Origin: Macrostomum lignano
Lineage: Eukaryota
Assembly (NCBI GenBank): GCA_002269645.1
Contig: NIVC01002481.1
Location: 1-44,362 of the forward strand
Direction: 5' to 3'
Length of the DNA: 44,362 nucleotides
A program made the translations under genes and the position numbers. Below, piece by piece: positions 22,723-35,633 of the stretch (position 1 is the stretch's first letter; every line of letters begins with the position of its first letter). The notes under the pieces were generated by a model. It saw nothing but the letters and a program-made list of their open reading frames with translations. It was not told the DNA's origin and made no database searches.

Positions 22723-25700
22723 ATGGGTGGCTACGCTCGATATGTACCATCATCGGACGGAAACAACGTTGTCCATCTAGACGGCGCGAACGCTGCTGGT
22801 ACAGAAAGTCTACACGAGAACCACCAACAACAACAGGCACAGCCGCCGATAAAGCGTGGCTTCTACGTCAGCTTTCCAGTGGTACTTATCATTAGCATTC
22901 TTCTGGTATGCGCCATCCTAGCCGCTATTCTAGCCACTTTTTTCGCCGCCACTGGAGTCACCTGCAGTGGTGGAGCGGGCGTCGGGCTACCCAATTCCAA
23001 CGATTCGTCGGTTGGGGTGACCGATAGCGCGTCCTCTAGATCCTCTAAAGCCGGCGATACCAATGGCGAAGATCTTCGCTTGCCAACGGACGTCCTGCCA
23101 CTACACTATGAGCTGACGTTGGCGCCTTACATCTACGACGACAATGAAAGCGCCTTTTACTTTTCAGGCAGCGTCAACATTACCATCCATGCTATGAACG
23201 CTACAAGTGTCATCCACCTGCATGCTGACAGGATCGCACTCTCGCGTGAGACTGTGCGAATCGTCACAGTTGAAGACAACGCTGTGCTTCCACTGACCGA
23301 TATTGAGTATTCATTACCCAGCCAATGGTATCTACTCAAACTAGCCTCTCCTGTTCAGCCGGGCAAACAGTACCGTATTGAGATCTTGGACTTCCGAAAA
23401 CCACTGCTGCTCGACCTTCGCGGCCTTTACCTAAGCGTGTACACCCAGGATGGTCGAAAGCATTATCTAGTGGCGAGTCAGCTACAGCCGACGGATGCGA
23501 GGAAAACTTTTCCTTGCTTTGACGAGCCCGCCTTCAAGGCTCGATTTGACGTCAGACTAGTGCATCGGAGAGACTTTCTAGCCATATCTAACATGCAACA
23601 GCAGTCGGTTCGGCCTCTGTCACAGCCAGCAAGGTGGTTTCCCAACGCTGACCCTCGGCAAGATTGGGTCGAAGAAAAGTTTGAAACTACCCCAATTATG
23701 TCTACCTATCTACTAGCATTTGTAGTATCCCAGTTTGAGTACAAACAAGACAGAGACTCTCGAGGGCGTCTCTACCGAACTTGGGCCCGACCAGAACTTG
23801 TCGGTATTGCCGATTATGCTTTGACCGCAGTCAAGAACATCACCCAGTTCTTCGAAGGGTATTTTGAAGTACCATTCCCTCTGAACAAAACAGACCAAGC
23901 TGCGATTCCTGATTTCATCGCCGGCGGCATGGAGAACTGGGGCCTGATCACGTACCGTGAGAGCCGCCTGCTCTTTGATCCCAAAAAGGACACAACGTCC
24001 AGCTTGCAGAATATTGGCAACGTGATCTCGCATGAGGTGGCGCACATGTGGTTTGGCAACTTGGTTACGCCACAGTGGTGGGACGACATCTGGCTGAACG
24101 AAGGCTTTGCCACTTTTACGCAAATATTGGGTGTAAGACAACTTCATCCCGATTGGGACATTGACGCTCAATTTGTAGTGGAGACGCAGATGGTAGCTTT
24201 CTATTCCGACTCCAAGGGCTCCAGCCATCCGATCTACATGGAAGTGCAAAATCCCGGTCAAATTACTGAGATCTTCGACACAATTACTTATAGAAAAGGT
24301 GCGGCTGTGCTGCGCATGCTGTACTCTTTTGTTGGCGATCGGGTGTTCCGCCGCGCCATTGGGAACTACCTGAAGCAGAACAGCTATTCAAGCACCTTTC
24401 ACACATCGCTGTACGACAGCCTCACTAGGGAGGCACAAGCCGACGGCCGCACTGGTTTGGACGTAGCTGAGGTCATGGACCGTTGGATTAAGCAAATGGG
24501 CCACCCAGTGCTGACCTGTTCCCGCGAGGCCGGAAGCATTCGGTTGGAGCAAAGCCATTTCCTAAGCGACCCCAGCCAGAAACCGGATCCCAAGTATGTG
24601 CTATTCAAATCAAGTGCGCTTGCAAAGTACATTTAATACATAACTAAATACAGAACTAGTATACTGAAATATACTGAAGTTAACCAACTGAATTAGCACG
24701 TGTAACCCTTCAAACATCCAGGTTCGTATCTGAATACAACTACACATGGATCATCCCAGTCACTATGGTAACGCAGTCGAACGCTTCTGCTGCCGCCGGT
24801 CTTGAGGATGTCTCCAGCCTGGTACAATGGATGCGAATCAAGTCACAGGCTTTTCCAGCTGGATCTCTCACTCCAGGCGAGTGGTACCTATTGAATCTGC
24901 GGTCTGCAGGCTTCTATCGCGTCAACTATGATCGCCAGAACTGGCGCGTCATTATCGCACAGTTGATGGCTGATCACACGGTGTTCACACCGCAGGATCG
25001 TGCCAGACTGCTTGATGACAGTTTCAGTCTGGCTGCTGCCGGTCTAGTTGACTACAGCGTACCCCTAAACATGACCCGCTACCTACTTAAGGAATCGCAC
25101 TATGTCCCTTGGCGAGCCGCAATGTCGAAACTCTCCCTGCTACACTCAATGCTGCACCGTAGCTCAGCCGTCTACGGCCCATTTAGCGCTCACATGCGCC
25201 GCCTGCTGGCTCCAGCCTACGCTGATCTGGGCATCGAAACGGCTCGTGGCGATTCCCATCTGCGCCGGCTGCGACGAGCGCTCATATCCACCTTTGCCTG
25301 CCAGTACGGCGTGTCTGCCTGTCGACGCGATGCCCTCCGCCTTTTCGAACAATTCGCCAGCAAAAATTACAGTGTCCACCTGCCGCCAGATGTGCGCCGG
25401 GCTGTTCTATGCGAAGGCGTCGCTTCCTCTACGTCTGCAGAGCACTGGGACGTATTGTACCAGCGCAGTCAGATAGAGGTGCACCCAGGCCTTCACAATG
25501 ACATCCTGAGAGCTCTAGCATGCACACACCAGCCTTGGCTGCTCAACCGCTATTTGGACTACGCGCTGGACAAAAGCAAAATTCGTAGCCAGGACGCGGC
25601 GTCTGTATTCAGCGTTGTATCTGCCAATTCCAACGGCCTGCAGATAGTGTGGGACTATATGCGCAACAATTGGGACGTCATCGTTGAACGGGTGCCGAAC

Positions 25701-25916
25701 TCGTTCGCCACCGCCTACTTCGTGTATCTTCTCGGCGAGTTTAACACCCCGATTCGTCTGATGGAGATGGAGGAGTTCAGAGCTAAGAATCAGGACAAGC
25801 TAACGGCGGTGCAACGTACTATGGAGCAATCTCTGGAGAGCGTCAGAATCAACATTCACTGGATGAACTCCAATCTGCACGTTGTGCGGCGGTGGTTTGA
25901 CGAGCAGAACAACTGA
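22723..25916 (+). CDS. ANPEP: Aminopeptidase N-like M1 zinc metallopeptidase, type II membrane-anchored, 2 exons, ~1021 aa
   Basis: Exons 22723-24593 and 24722-25916 (phase-2 junction PK|FVSEYNYTW; 3066 nt). TM anchor FPVVLIISILLVCAILAAILATFFA, RLP..V.P.HY, DARKTFPCFDEP, GGMENWGL, HEVAH..18..NEGFA, and an ERAP1-like C-terminal domain. Symbol is family-level. Confidence 0.95.
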
Positions 25917-28375
25917 TTCCGCTCCAACTGGAGACCAAGTCAGGAATAACGATCCGCATACTAATAGCCCGTACCCAGCCAGTAGAAATCGAACAAAATT
26001 ACGTTTTACTCCAACGTTTGCTCTGGTCTTTTCCTCTGAAAAATCTCGTTTTTGTTTGGATCATCGACTGCCTGACCTACGAACTATACTAAACTCAATT
26101 AGTTTGAATCATGTTTGATCAGCTTTGGTTGAAATGGACAGAACTATTTGTTTTTTTTGTACCAGCTTTTTAGCTTGAATTCACGAACATCAGGTTCCAA
26201 TCGATGTAAGGTTTTATGATTATACCCGATCGGATGAAGTGTTGATATTCATCCGTTTTACCTCCGGTATCGAATTATAGCTTTATTAAAGAAACTAGAA
26301 GCAAGCCGGACGAATCTGAATCGAGTGTGATAACTATGAATATAATCTTGCTTCATAGTTGATTCATATCGACATCGAACTACTGCTTTTTGCGTATTTT
26401 CTTATTTATTTTCCTACCCTTTTAAGCTTGTAATTCTCTGATAATTGATTGTACTGAGTTTGCACATAATGAAGTAACTTAAATTTATCCTGCCATGTTA
26501 TTCATTGATGTACGCATGACTTTGCATTGACAAAGTGCACATTGAAATTGTATGGTACATTCACGACGTTTTTGCAAGCTGATCAATCTGGCCACCGATA
26601 ATAGCACCGAGAAAAATCTTAAAACTCCCATCAATCGATTTTCGTGAATTTTATCACCGAAGGGCTACGATCCAAGATCTCGTTGTTTGTAGCCCAAAAA
26701 GTCCCGCTGCTTGTAATGATTTGTCACTGAAGGTTTACTGTATGTTCGTTTTCGCTTTATATTTCTCCTATTTTTCTGTGCAAAACACAGTTTTTATCCT
26801 AAAATAACTTAACTTTTCGGCTAACTCGTAATCAAATGCGCACAGGACTCAATTAATCTCTTTAATACAGTTTATTAGCGCAAGTTTGCAACTGTATTGA
26901 CAGTGAATAAAATATTAAAACAATTTTTGAGCATCATTTTGTCTTTAACACTTTTTTACAACTAAACTAATAATTCATTTGCTAAGACTTTCAAAACGAC
27001 GAAACACTAAACGATGTACAAGAACTCAAGCCGTCACGTATGCACATGAAATCACATGAAAGAGTCAATGAAAGCTTTATTAAGCTTTTTGATTCGAAAA
27101 TAAAGATTGTTTTATCTCTTAACTCAACAAAGCAAAGTAAAACTATTGAATATTTCAGCTATAAGATCTCCTAAAGAAAAGAATTCCGGTGAAGTTGGCT
27201 CTGTATTGCTGTCGCATTCGATTCACCGCGGCATCTCTTGATCAAAGCCAAATGTTGAAACAAAAACAGCAGAACGTCGACCAAACTGCATGTATGCATG
27301 CAGGAATTGATGCCGAGATTTTGTCTTCCGTGACAACATTGGGACTTTCTGGAGAACGGTTTGGTGGTTGGATTCGTCCGAATCTTCCTTATACCCGCGT
27401 GTCACCTGCTGGGAAGATCTCGATTCTCCGCATCTCTGTCCCTCTGTCCTGCTAGCCTGTGCACGGATGCCATGGAGCTCTAGACCTACGATATGGATGA
27501 TTGCTTCATAGCTTTTCATAGGAACAAGATCAATTTAGGATGTTAAAAGCAACAAGTTTGTCCGTATTGAAGCATGTGTAACTGTAATTAAGCCTGGACT
27601 TCTGCTTTTAGCCTCAGTAGATCTACGAAAACAGAATTTTAATGAAAAGTTTCCCTCTCCGAATTCCAGACGCAGAGCGCCATGATTTTATCAGCCAAAG
27701 CTTTGCTTTTATAAAGGCCAACAGAATGGCAACACGTCTTCCTAGCACGCGGTGTCGATCTGCCGTCGATAGGACCGGCCAGCAGTGGCTGTTGTCTTTT
27801 CTCCTCTCCAAGCGGAACAGGCGGTTCATTTCTGCGTCTCTGCTGTTTATTTAGGTCAGTCAGGGTGTATTCGAACTAGAAACAAACTTTGGGGGAGAGG
27901 GAAAAGTGGCGCGGGCTGGAGAGAAGCAGAATAGGGATGAAAAATTTTTAGGTGCATCCAGTGTAACTACTATCCAATGGACATCCATAACAATTGTAAT
28001 TCCCCTACGGAGAATCTGGGCCTCAGATGCTGAAATCAGTTCAATCTAAGGGTCAGATGCAGGTTTAAAAATTTTACTGGCCAACAGGGTCTTGTACTCG
28101 TAAAAAAGGAAAATAGCGCAGAGAGGATCAATTAAAACTTCTTGTCACAGGGTAAAACTTCCTTTAAGACCAACAAATGAAAAAGGTTCTGCGCACTACT
28201 TGCAAAAGCAGGCGCGCACCCGGCGCACCTGCTGCATTAACGCTCAGGGCCCTAAGGCGAGCCCTTTGTATCTTACGGCGTGATGTGTCATGGTGTGCTG
28301 TTGTTCTGAGCAGAGGGGTAGCAATTAAAACAGGCGTTACAGTGACGAGGATTATTTACTCGACAGCTCGACGCC

Positions 28376-29456
<1,081 letters not shown>

Positions 29457-30206
29457 AACAGAAAAACAGTCGGGGACAGTCGGATGATGGGCCACTTATG
29501 TGAAGTAAGCGTGTTGAGCTGGATAGGTTTGCTTTTAGCAAAGGTGCAGAATTTGTAAACAAGCTACTAACAGTAGCAGCTGGATATGTAAGATGCCCAA
29601 ACCCAATACACAGCATTGCTGAGTTGAACTTTTCTTGTTGTCGGTGACAGCTCCGTATGCAGATTGCTGCCGGCCGCTCCATCACTGGAGCAGCTCCGAG
29701 AGCGCCCTCCCGCCGGCTTCTCCTTGGCCGTCACCGACTCTCCGGTTGCCAAATTTGTGATACATTATTTCCCAAGCCAAAAATTGGCCCATGTGTGAAA
29801 GGGATTGGCCACATCCGCATTTCAATGCCGGGTGGGGAAGACGGGAATCAGTGATTGACTTCGGAGCTTCCCTGCTGATTTCATAGCGCGTTTCACGACA
29901 GACGCATCTTAATATTCCCTGCTCCTCTCCTCTCTCGGCCTTTTCAACTCAAATAGAGGTTGGGGAAGAAACTTGACAAGTTGAATGCTTTCAATAAATC
30001 TGCACTATTCTACAGAATAGATGACTCCTGAGTTTGGAGAGTTCCAGGGTGATCAGCTCTCAGGCTAATCTCAACAGCCATTTGCATCGGCCTCGAAACT
30101 TTTTTGTCTCATGCGGTTTTTCTGTGTCACTCACTGACTTGAATCTGCAATTTAACATTAAATATTGAAACAAAGCTTCGGTTGAAATTAAGTCTTCATT
30201 CCTGAG

Positions 30207-30490
30207 TCTCCTTTTAGTGGGTCTTCTTTCAGTGGGTCTTCTTTCAGTGGGTCTTATTTCAGTGGGTCTTCTTTCAGTGAGTCTTCTTTCAGTGGGTCTT
30301 CTTTCAGTGAGTCCTCTTTCAGTGAGTCCTCTTTCAGTGAGTCCTCTTTCAGTGAGTCCTCTTTCAGTGGGTCTTCTTTTAGTGGGTCTTCTTTCAGTGG
30401 GTCTTCTTTCAGTGAGTCCTCTTTCAGTGAGTCTTCTTTCAGTGGGTCTTCTTTCAGTGGATCTTCTTTCAGTGGGTCTTCTTTCAGTGA
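30207..30490. repeat. 15 bp minisatellite (TTCAGTGRGTCYTCT)
   Basis: About 19 tandem copies. Confidence 0.95.
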
Positions 30491-31174
30491 ACCTGCTAAT
30501 CTTCATTGTGTCAGCCTGTAGTGTACGCGGAATTTTTTCCAATTAATATTATTGGCTCAGTTAATAAAACTCAGACAAAGCAGAGGCCTGGGACTGCTAA
30601 CGCCAAGATGCATGGGAGAGGCTGGGAAGGGTGCCGCGGGTTTTAAGTGGCTGGCTAAGATGCAGCGAAGTCCAAAGCAACGCCATTGGTTCAGAGCGCT
30701 TTCAAGAATTCGTTAATGAAATGGCGGGTACTTCTCATGCGTGATGCTATATATACACCACGAAATTGTCACTGCTACTGAGAGCAGAGTCAAATAGCAA
30801 CTCAAATCTGTCACCGATTTTTTCTCTCCACTTCAAAAAAATCGAACCCCATATTGCTCTTTCAATCGCGAGAGATTGAACAAAGAACTCAGGGACAGTC
30901 GAGTGAGAATGACAGACTGAGCTGCTTTCGACGCAGAAATTGATGTCTCGGTTAGTTGGCTTGATCGGCCTGCTGCCGCCACTGCTTCTGCTCTGCAGCT
31001 GCTCTGGAGCCTGGACAGCCGAGCCAGCCACTCTCGATTCGTGAGTTTTTGAAAGCATTCTCAAGTTTGCGTTTGTGCTCAGTCAAGCTTCGGCTGTGAA
31101 ATTGACCACAATTGACTGAGCCTTCTACGTTAGTCAAACTGGCCGTTGGGAGTCGGGAGTCCCAGATACATGTA

Positions 31175-31819
31175 CGTTTGCCAACGTAACGGAGCTTTTG
31201 TCTATGGTAGCAAGGCTGGCACAGCGGCATTTGATTTGGTCCAACAGGCATCAATTTGGTCCATAGCTTCATTTGCAACTCAGCCCCAGAATTGTGGACC
31301 ATGTGCTGGGCTGTCGAACGAATGCTATTGGCTTGTGATCGAAGCACTCGACAGAGGTGAACACCCAAAGGACATTGCAAGGTTGCTGAATGTAGAATAA
31401 AAGATGGTTTACAGCATCTATCAGAGCGTTGAAACCACTGCCGGCAGAGATCGCCTGCGAAAGGGTGGCAATCGCCAAGGCAAGTTGCTCGCGAGGCTCA
31501 GATTCAACTGCTACTCGATGCAGTTGAGACGAACCCTCTGTTGAAGTTGCAGAAATTGCAGCAGAAGTTGAAGGAACAGTTCCAGTTGGTTATCAGACTT
31601 CGACTATGAGCAGAGCTCTGGAAAAGCGACAGAAAATTTTTTATAGACACACTGACATTCCAGAGGTATGCAACAACCTGCAGACGGTTGCGAGAGGGCA
31701 AGAATTTCACGAATGGCTCACGAGCGTTCGGACCAAATTGATGCTTGTTGGACCAAATCACATGCCGCACAGCCTTGCTACCATAGACAGAAGCTCAATT
31801 ACTCGTACGTCGGCAAACG
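31175..31819 (+). mobile_element. Non-autonomous, internally deleted IS630/Tc1-mariner-like DNA transposon (~645 bp)
   Basis: Imperfect ~90 bp terminal inverted repeats (31175-31262 and 31730-31819; CGTTTGCC...GGCAAACG) flanked by TA on both sides. The interior encodes a broken transposase-like N-terminus: VIEALDRGEHPKDIARLLNVE*KMVYSIY..RKGGNRQGKL / EAQIQLLLDAVETNPLL..LKEQFQLVI / TSTMSRALEKR..RGQEFHEWL. No DDE domain. Confidence 0.8.
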
Positions 31820-33061
31820 TATCTTGGGTATGGTTGAATATCAAGAAAAATATCTTAAATTTTGAATTCATAGACATGTATATATACACTCAGTACATAG
31901 ACACTTAAATGATAGCTGGTAAGTGAACGTTCTGTGTTCAGATTACACAATCGAAATATATAATAAAACTTTTCACGACAATGTAGAGAGGATTCAGCAG
32001 GCTTAAGGAGTGGGCACACGCACCCTCTCAGTAGGTAGTTTTGTCTTTGCCAAATTTTTATACACTTTTCATTTTTGGTACTACCGGTAGACATTGCGGT
32101 AGGCGGGCCCGCGACTGGGCCAGCAGTTGATTAAGGTCTGCAAATGCAGTTTTAATGAGGAGCTGAGACCCTGGCCCAGTCCAGTGCGCAGCCATTGCTC
32201 TGCAGTGTACGCTTCCCAAAGGAGAAAAATATCCCAACGAGAAAAAAGTATAGGCTTAAAAAAGTTTAACACTATCTTTTGTGAAACTTAAAAGGCATTA
32301 ACTGCAATATACTTCTACTAGTACAAAAGTAATCCAGCCCGACCCAACGTAGAAATCTTGGCTCTACCGAACGCACAGAAAGCACAGAAAATACCTACGC
32401 ATAGAGTTCATTTTTGATGCAGGTCAGTGTCTGGATAAGCGCGGGGGGCCACAACACGAAATTGAGCCAGCAAAATGTGCGGGTCCCCAACCTACTCAAA
32501 ATTTGTCTATCTGGATGGGGAACGCACACGCAGGGCTCTTGCCAACAGCGTCATGAAATATTTTATGCCTTCTCGTAAAACAAGCGAAATTTAATGACAC
32601 CAATGCGGCTCCTCCGGGCTGCGGGAGTGCGGGGGTTGAGAAGCGGCAGGCTGCCGGCTGCAGCTGCCGCTGAGCTGATGGAGAGCCGATGGGGAGGGGG
32701 CTTATGATATCGATTAGCAGAAAGTAATGGACAAAAGGACCAGCCCTTCAGCCCCACTTGGCCATCCCAATCAGCTGCGGGAGTCATCTGATCCCGGCGT
32801 GTTGGACAAGAATGCAAAGACAAACAGAGGCAAGGGTGAGTTGCGACTGTTTTGCATCCATCTATGTCAACAAATGCATCCAACTATTGAGCGTTAGACC
32901 CGTTAAAAACTCACGGGTAACAACAGTCACGCGTCTTTGCCAAAATGGATTGCATTATTGGACTGGTGCGTGTTTTTGGTGATAGCTGTCTGTGGAACGG
33001 GGTTTGGTTTGCACTTGGGAAACTCTGGCCCAGGTGGCTCTCATAGTGGTGGCATGCATCA

Positions 33062-33372
<311 letters not shown>

Positions 33373-34209
33373 CCATACCAAAAATTGTCCGCACTAACTC
33401 CTAAAACAATGGCAAGCGAAAAGGATACACAATATCCCAGTCTGTCTTTCATGATTCCGCCACAGCTATCTGAAATGCAGAGCGGTATGTTTAAGCTGAT
33501 TTAGATATCCCAGCTCAGTGGCAGGCAGGTGGCCGCTTAGCAGCGCAATTCCCAGCCTTACTCCAGGGTGGGCCTTTAAGCTAATTGCAAGCCTGTAAAA
33601 CAGGTGCAATTTTAGATAAGCCTGTGGAAGCCTAGTCCCGTTTTGAAATGCTCAAATTTATATGGTCAGTAAATGTCTATGGCAGCGGCCCAACAGTGCA
33701 CACAAGAGTTTCTCATCGCGATGGTATAAGCTTGGCCAGCTAAATACTAGTGGGGCGGGGAGGAGAGAGGCCGACGCGGTTGAAGCAATATCTCGGCACC
33801 CCGTGTTCCAGGAAACGGCTTCCCCCTCCCGTCTTCGAATTTCGGACGGGCCAGTCAGTCAGTCTCAGGACCTTGCCCCGATTGCCTTACCGCGATCGGG
33901 ACTGCGCTGAAAGAGCCAAAAGAAAGAAGAAGGAGAGAAATACACTGAAGAGGGACACGGTCCGCCGTTCCATTATTAATGACCTCTGCCGAGTCCCACC
34001 GATTCCGTTCTGAGCCCCGTCACTCCTTCTCTGCCTCTCCCTATACTCTCTTATGGTTTCCCGCCTCGATTTGAAGTCGTCTTCAATAGTACGAGTCGAC
34101 TGACCCGGATTACCCAGATCATTTTGTCAATGCGAGGCAGTGGGATTCCATGAATTTCCTTTAGCCAAACCTCTAGATTGAAATATTTAAAACCCCCAAA
34201 AGTCTCGAA

Positions 34210-34491
34210 CCCAACGGTACAAAGCTTTGATGCGTCTAAAAAGATGCAGTCCCAAACTCAACGGTCCAAAGCTTCGATGCGTCTCAAAAGATGCAGTCCC
34301 AAACTCAACGGTCCAAAGCTTCGATGCGTCTCAAAAGATGCAGTCCCAAACTCAACGGTCCAAAGCTTCGATGCGTCTAAAAAGATGCAGTCCCAAACTC
34401 AACGGTCCAAAGCTTCGATGCGTCTAAAAAGATGCAGTCCCAAACTCAACGGTCCAAAGCTTCGATGTGTCTCAAAAGATGCAGTCCCAAA
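34210..34491. repeat. 47 bp minisatellite (GATGCAGTCCCAAACTCAACGGTCCAAAGCTTCGATGCGTCTCAAAA), ~6 copies
   Basis: GATGCAGT recurs at 34243, 34290, 34337, 34384, 34431 and 34478. Confidence 0.96.
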
Positions 34492-35633
34492 TTCCAAGTC
34501 CCAAGTTTCGGACTCCTATTTTTATCATCTTCAAACTCAGCATTTACAGTGATGTTCCAGATTTAAAAAGTGTTCTAGTAAGGATCTCAAGATATGCCGT
34601 CGCCTTTGATCTCTCGGCCGATGCACTGGAAACAAGGCTCCAATGCACCCATATTTAGCCAATTAAGTTTTCGGCAATACGCTCGTAACAGTAGCATTTT
34701 CTAATGAAATGAGCGCAGAATTTGAGGCCCTCAGTATGGTCTGAGGTGTTGGAGGGTTGGGCGCTGTCCATCAGACTAACGGAGGGTCGCCATCGTGAAA
34801 ATTCTGTCTTTCGTCAGAGCGCTTCCAACACCCCGCCCGTCCGGCGGCGAAGCGTTATGGAGGCAACGCCAGTCTCAGTCTCAGAGCATCACGTCGACAT
34901 CACTCGCGCCCTGTCTCAGACCCTGTTTTGCCCAGGCAAACACTGGCCCTGATAAAGTGAGAGAGGGACGGTCAGGCCTACGTAAAGGCTCTCCTAGGCC
35001 CAGGGTGAGATGTTTACATTTGAGGAGGCTTGCTCATACTCTTCATTCTCACTTTCGCTCTTTCCCTTACGCCTTATCCTTGTCAACTCAGCCGTACAAG
35101 CACCCCAGGCTCTCGGGTGTCTGCCAGAGCAATTTGTGCATGGAGAAAATGTTGAGTGGGCCGGTATCTATTCAATGTCAGCTGGAGGTTGCTTAGCACA
35201 TACCCAGACAGGCAGGCAAGATAAAAAAAGTCTATTTACGTTCAACTGATCCGAGCGGAGAACTCATCATGCGATTGAAAATGCAAATCGAGGGATCTGA
35301 GACTAGCAGAAGGACCACGTCTTGCAAGAGCAAATCCGTGAGATTAAGATCATAATCTGGCTTATATTTCAAGACGATTAACGATGTCGCTTGCAAATGC
35401 TGCTGTGATTTTTAACGGCACGAAGCAGTAAAAAATGAAAGCATGTCCTCAAAGCAGGCTACTGTTTTACTGCTTTCACTGTCTCACTGCTACCATAAAA
35501 ACTCCTCAACCGATCTCACAATAATAGCTCAGTTTTCGTTTGACGCAATTCTTTATTCGATACAAATAACCCGCCAGAATCGGCTGGGAGGCGAATCCAT
35601 CAGACGGGCTCACCGCCTCCCCCCCCCCCACAG

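Noticed and set aside
27189-27519. Possible transposase remnant in overlapping short ORFs downstream of APN
   Set aside because: No DDE, hAT or piggyBac signature and no terminal repeats that I could identify.
29567-29752. Short minus-strand ORF that looks coding-like
   Set aside because: Non-ATG start, no recognisable domain and no partner exons identified.
32950-33015. Resemblance of DWCVFLVIAVCGTGFGLH to the first helix of SLC5 symporters
   Set aside because: No further SLC5-like sequence is found nearby; a single hydrophobic helix is not enough.
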